Source: an uncultured Pseudomonadales bacterium
GTDB lineage: Bacteria > Patescibacteriota > Microgenomatia > UBA1400 > RBG-16-45-19
NCBI GenBank assembly: GCA_964441155.1
Contig: CAYYKL010000002.1
Location: forward strand, 58,414-122,413
Length of the DNA: 64,000 nt
Direction of reading: 5' to 3'
Part shown: piece by piece, positions 1-9,493 of the stretch
How the letters are laid out: every line of letters begins with the position of its first letter
How positions within the stretch are numbered: the stretch's first letter is position 1
Program-made: the position numbers and the translations under genes
The notes under the pieces: generated by a model
What the model was told of the DNA's origin: nothing
Database searches by the model: none
The model's input: the letters and a program-made list of their open reading frames with translations, nothing else

Positions 1-140
1 TAATCACATGTTGCCCTGCTTTAAAATTTATTGTTCGAGGAGAATCAAGTTGCAGGGTAATCACACGACACTGACGAGATACCGGCTCAACCGTGGCTAC
101 TCTACTAACAAATTTTTGAATTGGCATGGTAAATACGATT

Positions 141-365
141 CTAGCTTACCTGCTGAGCTTCGTAACCAGTTTGGCGGATCTGGTCGATAATGCTGTCAAC
201 AGATATCTTACTTGTGTCAAATTCCACGCTACATTCTTGGCGTGCATAGCTTGTTTTAACCGAATGTATGCCCGGCAAATCCTCTAAGTCAAATTCGATG
301 TTGAGGGCACACGCGCTGCAATGCATACCACTAAGCTTGAACTTTGCACTTGTTAGTGAACTCAT
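141..365 (-). CDS. copZ: Heavy-metal-associated (HMA) domain copper chaperone, CopZ-like
   Basis: 74 aa with GMHCSAC (MxCxxC) metal-binding motif near N-terminus. It is the last gene of the copper operon and overlaps the upstream gene by 4 nt. Confidence 0.75.
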   Translation of the reverse strand: MSSLTSAKFKLSGMHCSACALNIEFDLEDLPGIHSVKTSYARQECSVEFDTSKISVDSIIDQIRQTGYEAQQVS

Positions 366-1378
366 ATAACCTCAATTACTCCATCGTACATACCCATCGA
401 ACAGGAAAAAGGTATCTTGCCTGTTTTTTCAGGCGTAAAGGTCACTCTTTGCGTTTCATTCGCTTGTAAATTCTTTTTAATTCCCAACGATGGGATTCTG
501 AAAGCAGCGGCACAACTATATGCATCAACTCCAACAAGTTTTAAAGTGACGGGCACACCTTTGCGGACTTGAATACGATTGGGGCTATACCCGTTTGCAG
601 TAACCTTGATTTCTATAGTTTGCTGCACTGGCTCTTCGTCATAGAGTTTCTCTTCATGAGTTTCATTGGCTGGCGTTTGACTGATTCCTTGGACTGCTTG
701 GTAAGAGAGTGGCAATCCAAGCGCAACCATGCTTCCTTTAATGGACGTTAAACCAAGATAGAGCACTGCTAACGCGGCCACTTTTAGGAATTTTGACTGC
801 ATAGCCGCTCCTAAAAGAGAAGTAATGAATCCTACACCGAAAAAAAGCGGTGCAGTCCCGAGCGTAAACGCAATCATGATAGCTGCACCTTGCCATGGGT
901 TGGCACTGCTTATGGCTAATGCCTCCATTGCCAGAGTCGTTCCACAGGGAATAAAGACGGTTAGTGCCCCCAACAATGCCGGAGCAAACACATCTTTTGA
1001 GCGTGATTGATTTTTAATCAGCCTCGAAAAATATTTGGGTGGCTGGATAATTACGTATCGAAAGATGGGATGAATTTCCAATAAATTAAGCGCCACCAAA
1101 ATCATGTAAATGCCAGCAACTAATTGCATAACAATTTGAGCCTGATCGCTTATATTGAGCGCCCCTCCAAATGCGCCCAGCACAAAACCAAGAACCGCAT
1201 GAGCAACCAACTTTGCGAGCAAAAAAACGGCAGTAGAAAATACTGCATGTAATTTAGAGGTGCTTTCTCGTTCTTTTTCTTGGAGAGAAACAATTGAGGC
1301 CAAAAGACCACCTTGAACTGCCAAACAACTCAATCCACCGATGGTCAGACCGGTAAAGAAAATTACTCCGAGATTCAT
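362..1378 (-). CDS. Polytopic membrane protein (DsbD_2/UreH-like TM domain) fused to a C-terminal cupredoxin-like metal-binding domain
   Basis: About 230 aa of hydrophobic helices with a GGLSCLAVQGG motif. A C-terminal soluble domain (...LVGVDAYSCAAAF...FSCSMGMYDGVIEV) has conserved Cys/Met, typical of small cupredoxin-like copper-binding domains. Sits between copA and copZ. Confidence 0.5.
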   Translation of the reverse strand: MNLGVIFFTGLTIGGLSCLAVQGGLLASIVSLQEKERESTSKLHAVFSTAVFLLAKLVAHAVLGFVLGAFGGALNISDQAQIVMQLVAGIYMILVALNLLEIHPIFRYVIIQPPKYFSRLIKNQSRSKDVFAPALLGALTVFIPCGTTLAMEALAISSANPWQGAAIMIAFTLGTAPLFFGVGFITSLLGAAMQSKFLKVAALAVLYLGLTSIKGSMVALGLPLSYQAVQGISQTPANETHEEKLYDEEPVQQTIEIKVTANGYSPNRIQVRKGVPVTLKLVGVDAYSCAAAFRIPSLGIKKNLQANETQRVTFTPEKTGKIPFSCSMGMYDGVIEVI

Positions 1379-1382
1379 GATT

Positions 1383-3707
1383 TTAAAGCCTCACTTTTTT
1401 TAATAGTAATGAATTACCCACCACCGAGACCGATGAAAGCGCCATAGCTAATCCGGCAAACACAGGATTTAATAGAATCCCGAATAGTGGATAGAGCGCT
1501 CCAGCCGCAATGGGAATACCAACAACATTGTATATGAAAGCCCAAAATAAATTTTGCTTAATAGTGCGCAAAGATAGACGAGACAACTTTATGGCCTGAG
1601 GGATCTTGGCAATATCACCACCTAATAAGGTAATGTCTGCCGATTCAATCGCCACGTCTGTGCCAGAACTCATGGCGATGCCAATGTCCGCCTGAGTCAA
1701 TGCCGGCGCATCGTTAATGCCATCCCCAACCATAGCCACAATTTGACCTTCAAGTTGCAATCGTTTAACTGCTTGCGATTTATCTTGTGGCATCACTTGA
1801 GCGATCACTGTATCGATCCCCACTTGTTGGGCAATATGCTGTGCTGCTTGTTTATTGTCCCCCGTTAATAAAATGGTGTTAAGTTTCATTGCATGTAATC
1901 GGCGAATTGTTTCTTTAGCGCTTTCCTTTATCGTATCGCTTATAGCAATAATCCCTTGCATTTTTTTATCAATGATTACTACAATCACTGTTTTTCCTTG
2001 GGCTTGCAGTGTAACGATATCTTGATTATCAAGTTCGTGATTTATTGGTTTTCGAACACCAACGTGGGAAGCGTTAATTATTCCTTCAACTCCCATACCT
2101 TCAGATTCTTTAAAGTTTTCTACTTTGGCAAATTTTTTGCCCACATCTTTGACTTTTGCTACTATTGCCTGTGCGAGGGGATGCTGAGAATTATTTTCTA
2201 AACTAGCAGCCAGATGCATAATTGACTCGTTGGAATAATCCTCATTGCAGGCAATGACGTCGGTTACTTTCGGTTGTCCCTTCGTCACCGTCCCCGTTTT
2301 ATCGAACACCACCGTAGTAACTTTATGTAATTTCTCCAGACTTTCGGCGTTTTTTATGAGGATTCCTTTTTGAGCTCCTTTACCCACCCCCACAATTATT
2401 GCAGTAGGGGTTGCCAAGCCTAAAGCACACGGACAGGCAATCACTAAGATCCCCACAAATGAGAGTAGCCCCAAGGATAATGCAGAAGCGAAGCCCAAAA
2501 ATAGCGACCCGACTGTGAGCCAGACAATAAGAGCCAGGAAAGCAATGACTAAAACCGTGGGTACAAATATTTGAGATATGACATCTGCCAAGTTTTGGAT
2601 GGGTGCTTTCGTTCCTTGAGCTTCTTCAACTAAGTGGATTATTTGTGCAAGCATGGTATCTGAGCCAACCTTGGTGGCTTTAATGGTAATACTGCCTTGC
2701 TTGTTCAGCGTTGCTCCAATAACCAAATCTCCAATTTTTTTGTCCTGAGGAATCGATTCACCGGTGATCATAGATTCATCGATGCTGGTTGAGCCTTCAA
2801 TAATAACTCCATCTACGGGCACTTTTGCTCCAGGCTTCACTTGTATTAATTCACCAATCATCACTTCAGACAGAGGGATTTCAATCTCCTTACCCTCACG
2901 TACTACTAATGCCGTTTTGGCTTGTAAATTGAGCAATTTTTCGATTGCCTCACCCGTTTTAAGCTTTGAACGAGCCTCCAAATATTTGCCTAGCGTGATA
3001 AATCCAATAACCACAATCGTGACATCAAAATAGGTATATTCTGGTGCGCTGAGTAGCACACGAATTGGGGGAAACAAAAAAATGAGACTGCTGTAAAAAA
3101 ATGCCGTCAGTGTGCCGATGCCAATCAATGTATCCATATTGGCTACTCGATAGGAAATAAAACGACTCACTCCTAGTAGATAAGGCTTGCCTATCCAAAA
3201 GAGAAACACAGCCGAAATAATCATAGAAATGGCATTAAATAATCCCATGGGAATAGGCAAATTAGGCACTGGTGAAAATGACTTGGCTGCAATGTCCCAC
3301 ATCATCATCGCAAAAATGACCAAAGTGATGGGCAGAGCAAAATCAACTTTTGTTTTCAATTCGGCTAATTGCTGGATTTTTTCCGCTTTATTTTGATTGA
3401 GTCCGCCATGATCGGCATGTGACTCTGTCGGGTTATCTTTTGCAACTTCGTGATCCATGTGATCTTGTTGATCGACAAGTGTGTATCCCAGTTTATTGAT
3501 TTCACCATTCATCGCATGAACTGAGGTTTTTGTAGGATCAAAGGCGACGCGTGCTTGTTCGGTGGCGACGTTTATCTCACAGGCTTCAACTCCAGGCAGT
3601 TTGCTCAATTTTTTGGTAATAATGGCACTGCAACTAGCGCAGTGCATGCCTGAAACTGTTAATTTTTTCTCGGTTATCTTCATGTCTAGTTGGTTATTGA
3701 ATACCAC
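1383..3707 (-). CDS. copA: Copper-translocating P1B-type ATPase
   Basis: N-terminal HMA (GMHCASC), CPC transduction motif (ACPCALGLATP), DKTGT phosphorylation site (FDKTGTVT), GDGINDAP hinge. 774 aa. Confidence 0.92.
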   Translation of the reverse strand: MVFNNQLDMKITEKKLTVSGMHCASCSAIITKKLSKLPGVEACEINVATEQARVAFDPTKTSVHAMNGEINKLGYTLVDQQDHMDHEVAKDNPTESHADHGGLNQNKAEKIQQLAELKTKVDFALPITLVIFAMMMWDIAAKSFSPVPNLPIPMGLFNAISMIISAVFLFWIGKPYLLGVSRFISYRVANMDTLIGIGTLTAFFYSSLIFLFPPIRVLLSAPEYTYFDVTIVVIGFITLGKYLEARSKLKTGEAIEKLLNLQAKTALVVREGKEIEIPLSEVMIGELIQVKPGAKVPVDGVIIEGSTSIDESMITGESIPQDKKIGDLVIGATLNKQGSITIKATKVGSDTMLAQIIHLVEEAQGTKAPIQNLADVISQIFVPTVLVIAFLALIVWLTVGSLFLGFASALSLGLLSFVGILVIACPCALGLATPTAIIVGVGKGAQKGILIKNAESLEKLHKVTTVVFDKTGTVTKGQPKVTDVIACNEDYSNESIMHLAASLENNSQHPLAQAIVAKVKDVGKKFAKVENFKESEGMGVEGIINASHVGVRKPINHELDNQDIVTLQAQGKTVIVVIIDKKMQGIIAISDTIKESAKETIRRLHAMKLNTILLTGDNKQAAQHIAQQVGIDTVIAQVMPQDKSQAVKRLQLEGQIVAMVGDGINDAPALTQADIGIAMSSGTDVAIESADITLLGGDIAKIPQAIKLSRLSLRTIKQNLFWAFIYNVVGIPIAAGALYPLFGILLNPVFAGLAMALSSVSVVGNSLLLKKVRL

Positions 3708-4255
3708 TCACTGCGCCAATTTTTTAACGTAACTAGGCTATTGGTCAAAAAGTTTTCAACGGCATTAGCGTTATCTAATACTTCTGATCGACTGCTTTTG
3801 GTGCGAATTTCCTGAGCCATTGCTATGCCATCCTCATGATGGGCGATGAGCGCATTAAGAAATCTCAAATCCAGCGTATCATCGGCTTGACCCATATTGG
3901 GTACGATCGGGTCTTTGACTTCACTCGTATCGTTATACCAAGCTTGCTTAAACGCATACAGTTCATTGATCAGTTTTGGTTCGTTGACTTGAATTTCCAA
4001 AGCCAAATGTTTAATCTCTTCACGATTTGTTTTGTCAGCCACGTCTTTGGCCAGAAGAATTGCTGCCTGATGATGCGCTGCCATTTGATTGAGGTAGCGA
4101 AGATCTACCGATCGATCGGCTGCGCCCAAACCCATCTCCTCTTTTTCATACATTGACTGCTCATAAAGTGGCGATAGGGCATAGCCTGCCCCCAAGCCAA
4201 CAAAAAGCGATACGATAGCTAGGGAAGTTGCCATGGCGAGCGAAATCGATTTCAT
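3686..4255 (-). CDS. DUF305 family protein (secreted, ferritin-like; copper-resistance associated)
   Basis: N-terminal signal/TM segment and two repeats of the ...LRYLNQMAAHHQAA... / ...LRFLNALIAHHEDG... motif diagnostic for DUF305. Overlaps copA start. Confidence 0.7.
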   Translation of the reverse strand: MKSISLAMATSLAIVSLFVGLGAGYALSPLYEQSMYEKEEMGLGAADRSVDLRYLNQMAAHHQAAILLAKDVADKTNREEIKHLALEIQVNEPKLINELYAFKQAWYNDTSEVKDPIVPNMGQADDTLDLRFLNALIAHHEDGIAMAQEIRTKSSRSEVLDNANAVENFLTNSLVTLKNWRSEWYSITN

Positions 4256-4258
4256 TGT

Positions 4259-4534
4259 TTACTCTCCACTCTTTTTAAAAATATTCATTACTTCAATGAT
4301 TGCTTCACTTTTATTACCTTTGGTTATGGAGTGAGCGACACATGTGTTTAAGTGTTCTTCGAGAACCAGGGAATCAACTTGTTTAAGCGCTTTTTGCACC
4401 GCTTGTGACTGATGAATTACATCTATGCAATATGCATCAGTTTCGATCATAGTCAATACTTTTTTCAGATGACCTTGAGCGATTTTTACTCGATGAAGTA
4501 CACGTTCTTTGTGATCTTCTGGTTGGTAAGCCAT
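4259..4534 (-). CDS. csoR: CsoR/RcnR-family metal-sensing transcriptional repressor
   Basis: 91 aa; conserved C-H-C ligand pattern (YCIDVIHQ ... NTCVAH) of the CsoR DUF156 fold. First gene of the copper operon. Confidence 0.75.
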   Translation of the reverse strand: MAYQPEDHKERVLHRVKIAQGHLKKVLTMIETDAYCIDVIHQSQAVQKALKQVDSLVLEEHLNTCVAHSITKGNKSEAIIEVMNIFKKSGE

Positions 4535-4641
4535 ATATCCCCCTATAGGGGATATAGTAACAGAACTATTTGACTCGTCAATTGCGAATTATTGGTAACA
4601 GTTATTATTAAGCATGGAAGATTTCCTTCTCCTGATACAGG

Positions 4642-5217
4642 TTGCCCATTTTGAATTATAATTCAATCATGAAACCTATAAAATGGAAACTTCTCACTGA
4701 TCAGGACATTTCACCAAGCCCCTGGTTTCCGCTGCAGAGGCGGACATATGAATTAGCTAATGGCAAGATCGTTGATGATTTTTATGTAACACCTTTGGCC
4801 GACGTGGCGCTGATTATTCCCATCACCAAACAGGGGAATGTCATTATGGTCAAGCAATATAAGCAAGGCGTGGATGACATTACGCTTGAATTTCCTGCCG
4901 GACGAAAAGAGCCTCATCACAAGGATATGCTCGAAACAGCCATCGAAGAACTTGCAGAAGAAACGGGGATAAAGACTTCAAATCTCACCTATTTTGCCAC
5001 TGTGGCTGGATTCACCACCAAAGCGAGCGAGAAAGTTTTTTGTTATGTAGCAACCGATGTCGAATTGATGGGCGAGCAGCACCTGGATGAAAACGAAGCC
5101 ATTGAGGTGATTGAATTTTCGAAAGAACAAATTGATCAAGTAATCTATGACGGCAAAATGCTTTCTGCGGTTAGTATTTCTGCCTGGATTCTGGCGAAAG
5201 AAAAATTTTCACTTTAA
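4642..5217 (+). CDS. NUDIX hydrolase (ADP-ribose pyrophosphatase-like)
   Basis: Nudix box G(x5)E(x7)REuxEExGu readable as GRKEPHHKDMLETAIEELAEETGI. Confidence 0.8.
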   Translation: MPILNYNSIMKPIKWKLLTDQDISPSPWFPLQRRTYELANGKIVDDFYVTPLADVALIIPITKQGNVIMVKQYKQGVDDITLEFPAGRKEPHHKDMLETAIEELAEETGIKTSNLTYFATVAGFTTKASEKVFCYVATDVELMGEQHLDENEAIEVIEFSKEQIDQVIYDGKMLSAVSISAWILAKEKFSL

Positions 5218-5221
5218 TATA

Positions 5222-6397
5222 ATGAAGCTCATTTCACCTCGCAATAATCGAATTTTCTATACCTCTCAATTCTTACATTCTTTGATATTTACCATCCCCA
5301 TTTGGATTGTGTACTACCAACAAAAGATTACGGTGAGCCAAATTTCTTTTTTGGTAGCCTATCAATATCTCATTCAAGTATTAGGTGAGCTTCCAAGTGG
5401 AGCAATGGCAGATTTACTGGGTAAGCGGATTACAATTGTTATCGGTTTCTTGATTGGAAGTATTAGCTTTCTTCTTTTCCCGTTTTCGCAAACATTTGCC
5501 CACTTTTTTTGGCTGGCAACCTTGGTGGGTATTTCTGATTCATTTCTTTCCGGTTCCGTTGAAGCGCTTGTCTATGATTCACAAAAACAAGATGGGTTAG
5601 AGGCTCAGTTTTCCAAAGTTCAAGCCACTCACTCGTTTTGGTATCAAATTGGCCTAGCCAGCTCAACCATAATGGGTGGGTATTTGTTCGCACTTAATCG
5701 AAACATTCCGTATGTTTTATATGGTTTGTCCCTGTTTTTTGCCACCCTGTTGGCACTTTTATACATTGAGCCAAAAATAGATTCCGCCAGGTTCACGTTT
5801 AAAAACTATCTTAATCAAATCAAAGAGGGGGCAAAAGAATTGTTCAAAGATGAACATACTAAAAGAATTTCTTGGTTTTATATCTGGGTTGGGGCTATTA
5901 CGTGGTCAACACAACTTTACTTCAAAGGAGTCTTTCTCATCGAGCTCGGGTTTAGCGATCGTGCCCGTGGAATTATTGAAGGTGGATTGCGACTCATCAA
6001 CGTGTTATTGATAGCTAGTGTATTTAAAAATAGTAGGTTTTTTACCAAACAGAGAAGCATCTGGTTATTTCCATTGGTCATGATATTGGCATTTTTGCCT
6101 GGAATGATTGCGAGTGGCTATTCTGGCATTCCGCTCGTTGCAGGTGTCATGTTTGCTAGCACAGCTCGCTGGATCCTCTTATCGAAATATACCAATGAAG
6201 CCTACGACTCCAAATATCGCGCAACGGCTATTTCAACCTTAAGCATGCTTATTGGCGTGATTTATATCGCTCTCACCTTGATTTCTGGTCCAATTATGGA
6301 GCACTTTGGTGGCTCTAAGATGATGTATTCGTTGCTTGGTTTACTCACGCTACTTACTGTTTTGCCACTGGCACGAAAAATTACACGACTGAGTTAA
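5222..6397 (+). CDS. MFS transporter
   Basis: About 12 predicted TM helices with MFS-like motif region ELPSGAMADLLGKR. The start was moved to the ATG at 5222 (MKLISP...), because the upstream ORF extension overlaps the NUDIX gene. Confidence 0.7.
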   Translation: MKLISPRNNRIFYTSQFLHSLIFTIPIWIVYYQQKITVSQISFLVAYQYLIQVLGELPSGAMADLLGKRITIVIGFLIGSISFLLFPFSQTFAHFFWLATLVGISDSFLSGSVEALVYDSQKQDGLEAQFSKVQATHSFWYQIGLASSTIMGGYLFALNRNIPYVLYGLSLFFATLLALLYIEPKIDSARFTFKNYLNQIKEGAKELFKDEHTKRISWFYIWVGAITWSTQLYFKGVFLIELGFSDRARGIIEGGLRLINVLLIASVFKNSRFFTKQRSIWLFPLVMILAFLPGMIASGYSGIPLVAGVMFASTARWILLSKYTNEAYDSKYRATAISTLSMLIGVIYIALTLISGPIMEHFGGSKMMYSLLGLLTLLTVLPLARKITRLS

Positions 6398-6398
6398 A

Positions 6399-7625
6399 CT
6401 ACTTACCCACAAACACAATCGCATTAGGGATTGCCCTGCCAGGACCAACTTTATAGCCGCCACTCCAAAGCGCAGTTGAGCCTCCGGAGTCAAGATTGAG
6501 CGCGTTTTGGATGCCCATATCCTTAAGCACGATCGCTGTTTCGGCCACAGTGGCAGAGTGAACAACACCAATGTAGACATTTGATCCAGATGCTCCGACA
6601 AAACTTCTGTTTCCCCGAGATCCCTTTTTAGGATCTCCATCGCCACCAAAAACAACTGTTCCCCCAGAAACAAGCAGTGGTTGATTAGCAATCATGCTAT
6701 CAATGCCAGTGTCTCGACCCCAATCAGAAGATCTGCCAACAAATCGAGCCGAATTACCAGAGAAAATAACTGCTGGCACTGAACTATAGACGTTATTATC
6801 AGAATTAAAATACACTTTATTTTTGTTCATGAGCAAGGTGTCAAACGAGTTGGTTTTACCAGCACATGAAGGGTAGGTAGCCGGACAAAAATATGAGCCG
6901 TTTATGCCCGCATATCCACCACTTCTTGAAACGTAGTCTCCAAGTGAAAGAACAGGGCAATCATTGGTGCAGGTGCTATCAGAAGCCGTATCAACGATAA
7001 CTCGCGTGCTATTCATGTCAGCTGTAACAATGCTCACGAGGTAGTTGCCAATTGAGGTCTGCACTTGTGATCGCTGATAGCCACTTGATGGGGGAGTGTT
7101 TGCCACCGGCACCGAAGCGGGAATTGTCGGTTGCGGAACCAACTGTGCCTGCATTGACTTAATATCACTCCCCAGCTTTGTAAGAACGCTTGATCCGCTA
7201 GCAAAATTGCGCTCGCTTAAGTATGTAAGTACCATAGCAAAATCTTGCTCCATTGAATCTGATTTTGCCCCCATTTCCTTGAGTTTCACTAAGTCCTCGA
7301 ACGCGTCAACTGCCTGCGTATACGTGCTTTGGATGTTTTTGATTTCTTCCTGTAACTCAAGATTAACGAGTCGTTGATCTTGAGAAGCAAGCTCACTTAA
7401 AGCTGCGGACGTGCTGGCTAATTGAACCGCCAGCTCATCGCGACTCTGTTCAAAATCACTTGCTTGAGCTCGCACGTCGGCTAATGAGGTATCTAATTGC
7501 TGAGCTTCGCGGTTAACGATAAAAGTCACCAGGGCTAAGAAGCAGATAACCGCAAGCAAAACACCTGGCAAAACAAATTGTCGAGCGTAATGAAATGTTT
7601 TTGAGGGAATATGCATTAAGTTCAT
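6399..7625 (-). CDS. Phosphodiester glycosidase (NAGPA-like) domain protein, membrane-anchored with coiled-coil region
   Basis: N-terminal TM helix and a Gln/Leu-rich coiled coil. The C-terminal roughly 200 aa (YAGINGSYF...NALNLDSGGSTALW) resemble the phosphodiester glycosidase (DUF2233) domain. Confidence 0.55.
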   Translation of the reverse strand: MNLMHIPSKTFHYARQFVLPGVLLAVICFLALVTFIVNREAQQLDTSLADVRAQASDFEQSRDELAVQLASTSAALSELASQDQRLVNLELQEEIKNIQSTYTQAVDAFEDLVKLKEMGAKSDSMEQDFAMVLTYLSERNFASGSSVLTKLGSDIKSMQAQLVPQPTIPASVPVANTPPSSGYQRSQVQTSIGNYLVSIVTADMNSTRVIVDTASDSTCTNDCPVLSLGDYVSRSGGYAGINGSYFCPATYPSCAGKTNSFDTLLMNKNKVYFNSDNNVYSSVPAVIFSGNSARFVGRSSDWGRDTGIDSMIANQPLLVSGGTVVFGGDGDPKKGSRGNRSFVGASGSNVYIGVVHSATVAETAIVLKDMGIQNALNLDSGGSTALWSGGYKVGPGRAIPNAIVFVGK

Positions 7626-8005
7626 GGTAACAGATCGGGGACCATGCCCAAAAATTATGCATTTACAATTTTCGCTCGAACCAACCTTAAGTGTTTAACA
7701 TAGGAGTATTGCATCAAGAAATCTGTTGAGCATGCTTTCAAAAAGCAGTGGAAAACTATAAAAATCGCAATTTAATTAATTGAAGATTTTTCCGTCTTTT
7801 TGATGCCGTTTTCGTGCATGTAAGTCGAAATAATTTTTTTATTTTTTTGATTATAATCCTTGCACTATTTATGTCGCACAACAATTAACGCATTTATTAT
7901 TGATAATTAGCGAAAAATAACATTTTTTCAGGCTAAAAATTCATTTTTGATTTCACTATAATCCGCTAAATTGCTTCCATCTCCCCCACTCCCAGGCTAA
8001 AAAGG

Positions 8006-8011
8006 TATAAT
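8006..8011 (+). promoter_or_regulatory. Candidate -10 box (TATAAT) 9 nt upstream of tgt ATG; near-leaderless transcript
   Basis: Perfect TATAAT at 8006-8011 and start codon at 8021, with no Shine-Dalgarno sequence in between. Lies in a 395-bp AT-rich intergenic region. Confidence 0.35.
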
Positions 8012-8020
8012 GCTTTTTCT

Positions 8021-9127
8021 ATGAGCATCCAAAGCACAATTCCACCAACTATTTTCAAGTCTAAAAACGGCCGATTGTCTTTACCTTTGTTCTTCCCCGA
8101 CGCTACCAAAGGCTTCTTGCGAACAGTTGATTCCCAAGACATTGAAAAAACTCACACACCGGGTGTTTTAGTCAATACATGGCATCTGGCGCATGATTTT
8201 CCACCTGAAATCTTGAAGCAATTTGGAGGAATTCGCAAATACATGGGTTGGCGTGGCGCAGTTATCTCGGACTCTGGCGGCTTTCAAATCATGAGCTTGC
8301 TCAAGGAAAAGGGCTTGGGTAAGGTGGCTGAAGATGGCATGCGCATGCCTATATCCAAAAAGAAAACGCTCACGCTTACGCCAGAGGATTCGATCAATTT
8401 ACAATTTTCACTGGGCACAGACCTCATGGTAGTGCTCGATGATTTTACGCCACTGCAGTCCACGCATACGCAAGCGCTCGAGACGGTTGAACGCACCATC
8501 CGTTGGGCAAAGCGGTGTAAACAGACTCACGCAGAAAATTGCGAGCGACTCGAGCTTGAATCAAACCAAAGACCATATCTCATAGCCGTTGTTCAAGGCG
8601 GACTCCATAACGATTTGCGAGCATATTGTGCCCAAGAACTCGTGCAAATCGGCTTTGATGGGTTAGGATTTGGCGGCAACCCTATGCTTCCTGACGGATC
8701 TTTTAATCATGAGGTTGCCGAACTTATCGCTTCGATTGCACCCAAAAACTATCTTCTCTATGGATTGGGAATTGGCATGCCAGATGACATCGTGGCCTGT
8801 GTAAATAAAGGATTTCATGTATTTGATTGCGTGCTCCCTAGCCGTGACGCTCGACACAAACGCTTATATGTTTACACTGCCAAAAGCATGAGCGATATTG
8901 ATCTCAAACAATCTGACTTTTATGCATATTATTATCCGGATAAACAAAAATATCTTGCCGATACTCAACCGGTCAGCCAAGCATGTGATTGCCTATTATG
9001 CACCCGATATTCTCGAGGATATTTATCGTATTTATTCAAGTCGCAAGAAGCAACCGCGCTGCGCCTGGCCACGATTCACAATTTGCGGTTTTATTCCATA
9101 CTGATGGAGAAATTGGTTCCAAAATGA
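8021..9127 (+). CDS. tgt: tRNA-guanine transglycosylase (TGT) family protein, divergent substrate pocket
   Basis: DSGGFQ, QGGLHNDLR, GLGIGMPDDIV...FDCVLPSRDARH and the C-terminal zinc motif CDCLLC...H all align by eye with bacterial Tgt. The DEC and GGLAVGE specificity motifs are replaced by DDF and GGNPMLP. Confidence 0.8.
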   Translation: MSIQSTIPPTIFKSKNGRLSLPLFFPDATKGFLRTVDSQDIEKTHTPGVLVNTWHLAHDFPPEILKQFGGIRKYMGWRGAVISDSGGFQIMSLLKEKGLGKVAEDGMRMPISKKKTLTLTPEDSINLQFSLGTDLMVVLDDFTPLQSTHTQALETVERTIRWAKRCKQTHAENCERLELESNQRPYLIAVVQGGLHNDLRAYCAQELVQIGFDGLGFGGNPMLPDGSFNHEVAELIASIAPKNYLLYGLGIGMPDDIVACVNKGFHVFDCVLPSRDARHKRLYVYTAKSMSDIDLKQSDFYAYYYPDKQKYLADTQPVSQACDCLLCTRYSRGYLSYLFKSQEATALRLATIHNLRFYSILMEKLVPK

Positions 9128-9131
9128 TACA

Positions 9132-9344
9132 TTGAAAACAATGATGAAAAATAAATTTGATCGATATTACGTAGCCTTAAACCTGTTTGGTGCTTCATGT
9201 TTTAGTTTTGCAATAGGCATCAACTTTTCGAAACTGCGCCCAGAATTGACGGAAAACTATCTACTGACATTCATCTTCTTCATTCTTGGATCATTGCTTA
9301 TGTGGTATGCAGACTATCGATATAGGAATGAAAAGAGAAAATAA
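9132..9344 (+). CDS. Small hypothetical membrane protein (2 TM)
   Basis: 70-aa ORF 5 nt downstream of tgt with two hydrophobic helices; no recognisable motif. Confidence 0.3.
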   Translation: MKTMMKNKFDRYYVALNLFGASCFSFAIGINFSKLRPELTENYLLTFIFFILGSLLMWYADYRYRNEKRK

Positions 9345-9493
9345 AAGTTTACTATTTTGGCAAGATTCCTTCCGAGAGCGTCAACTAAAACTGAGGAAAG
9401 AGTTTTACTTTTAATACCTTTTTAGTTGGTGCCGTATTTTTCAAATAAACAATCTTTTTCCAGGCGAAAAGCACAGTGCTCAATAATAATTAT

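Noticed and set aside
8-190. 60-aa plus-strand ORF at the window start overlapping copZ
   Set aside because: It overlaps the C-terminal codons of the HMA-domain gene on the opposite strand, and no motif supports it.
569-1010. Two about 60-aa plus-strand ORFs inside the membrane/cupredoxin gene
   Set aside because: Antisense to a confident membrane-protein gene with no supporting features.
5147-5221. N-terminal 25-codon extension of the MFS ORF overlapping the NUDIX gene
   Set aside because: Using the ATG at 5222 removes a 70-nt overlap and begins at the hydrophobic core, so it is the more likely start.
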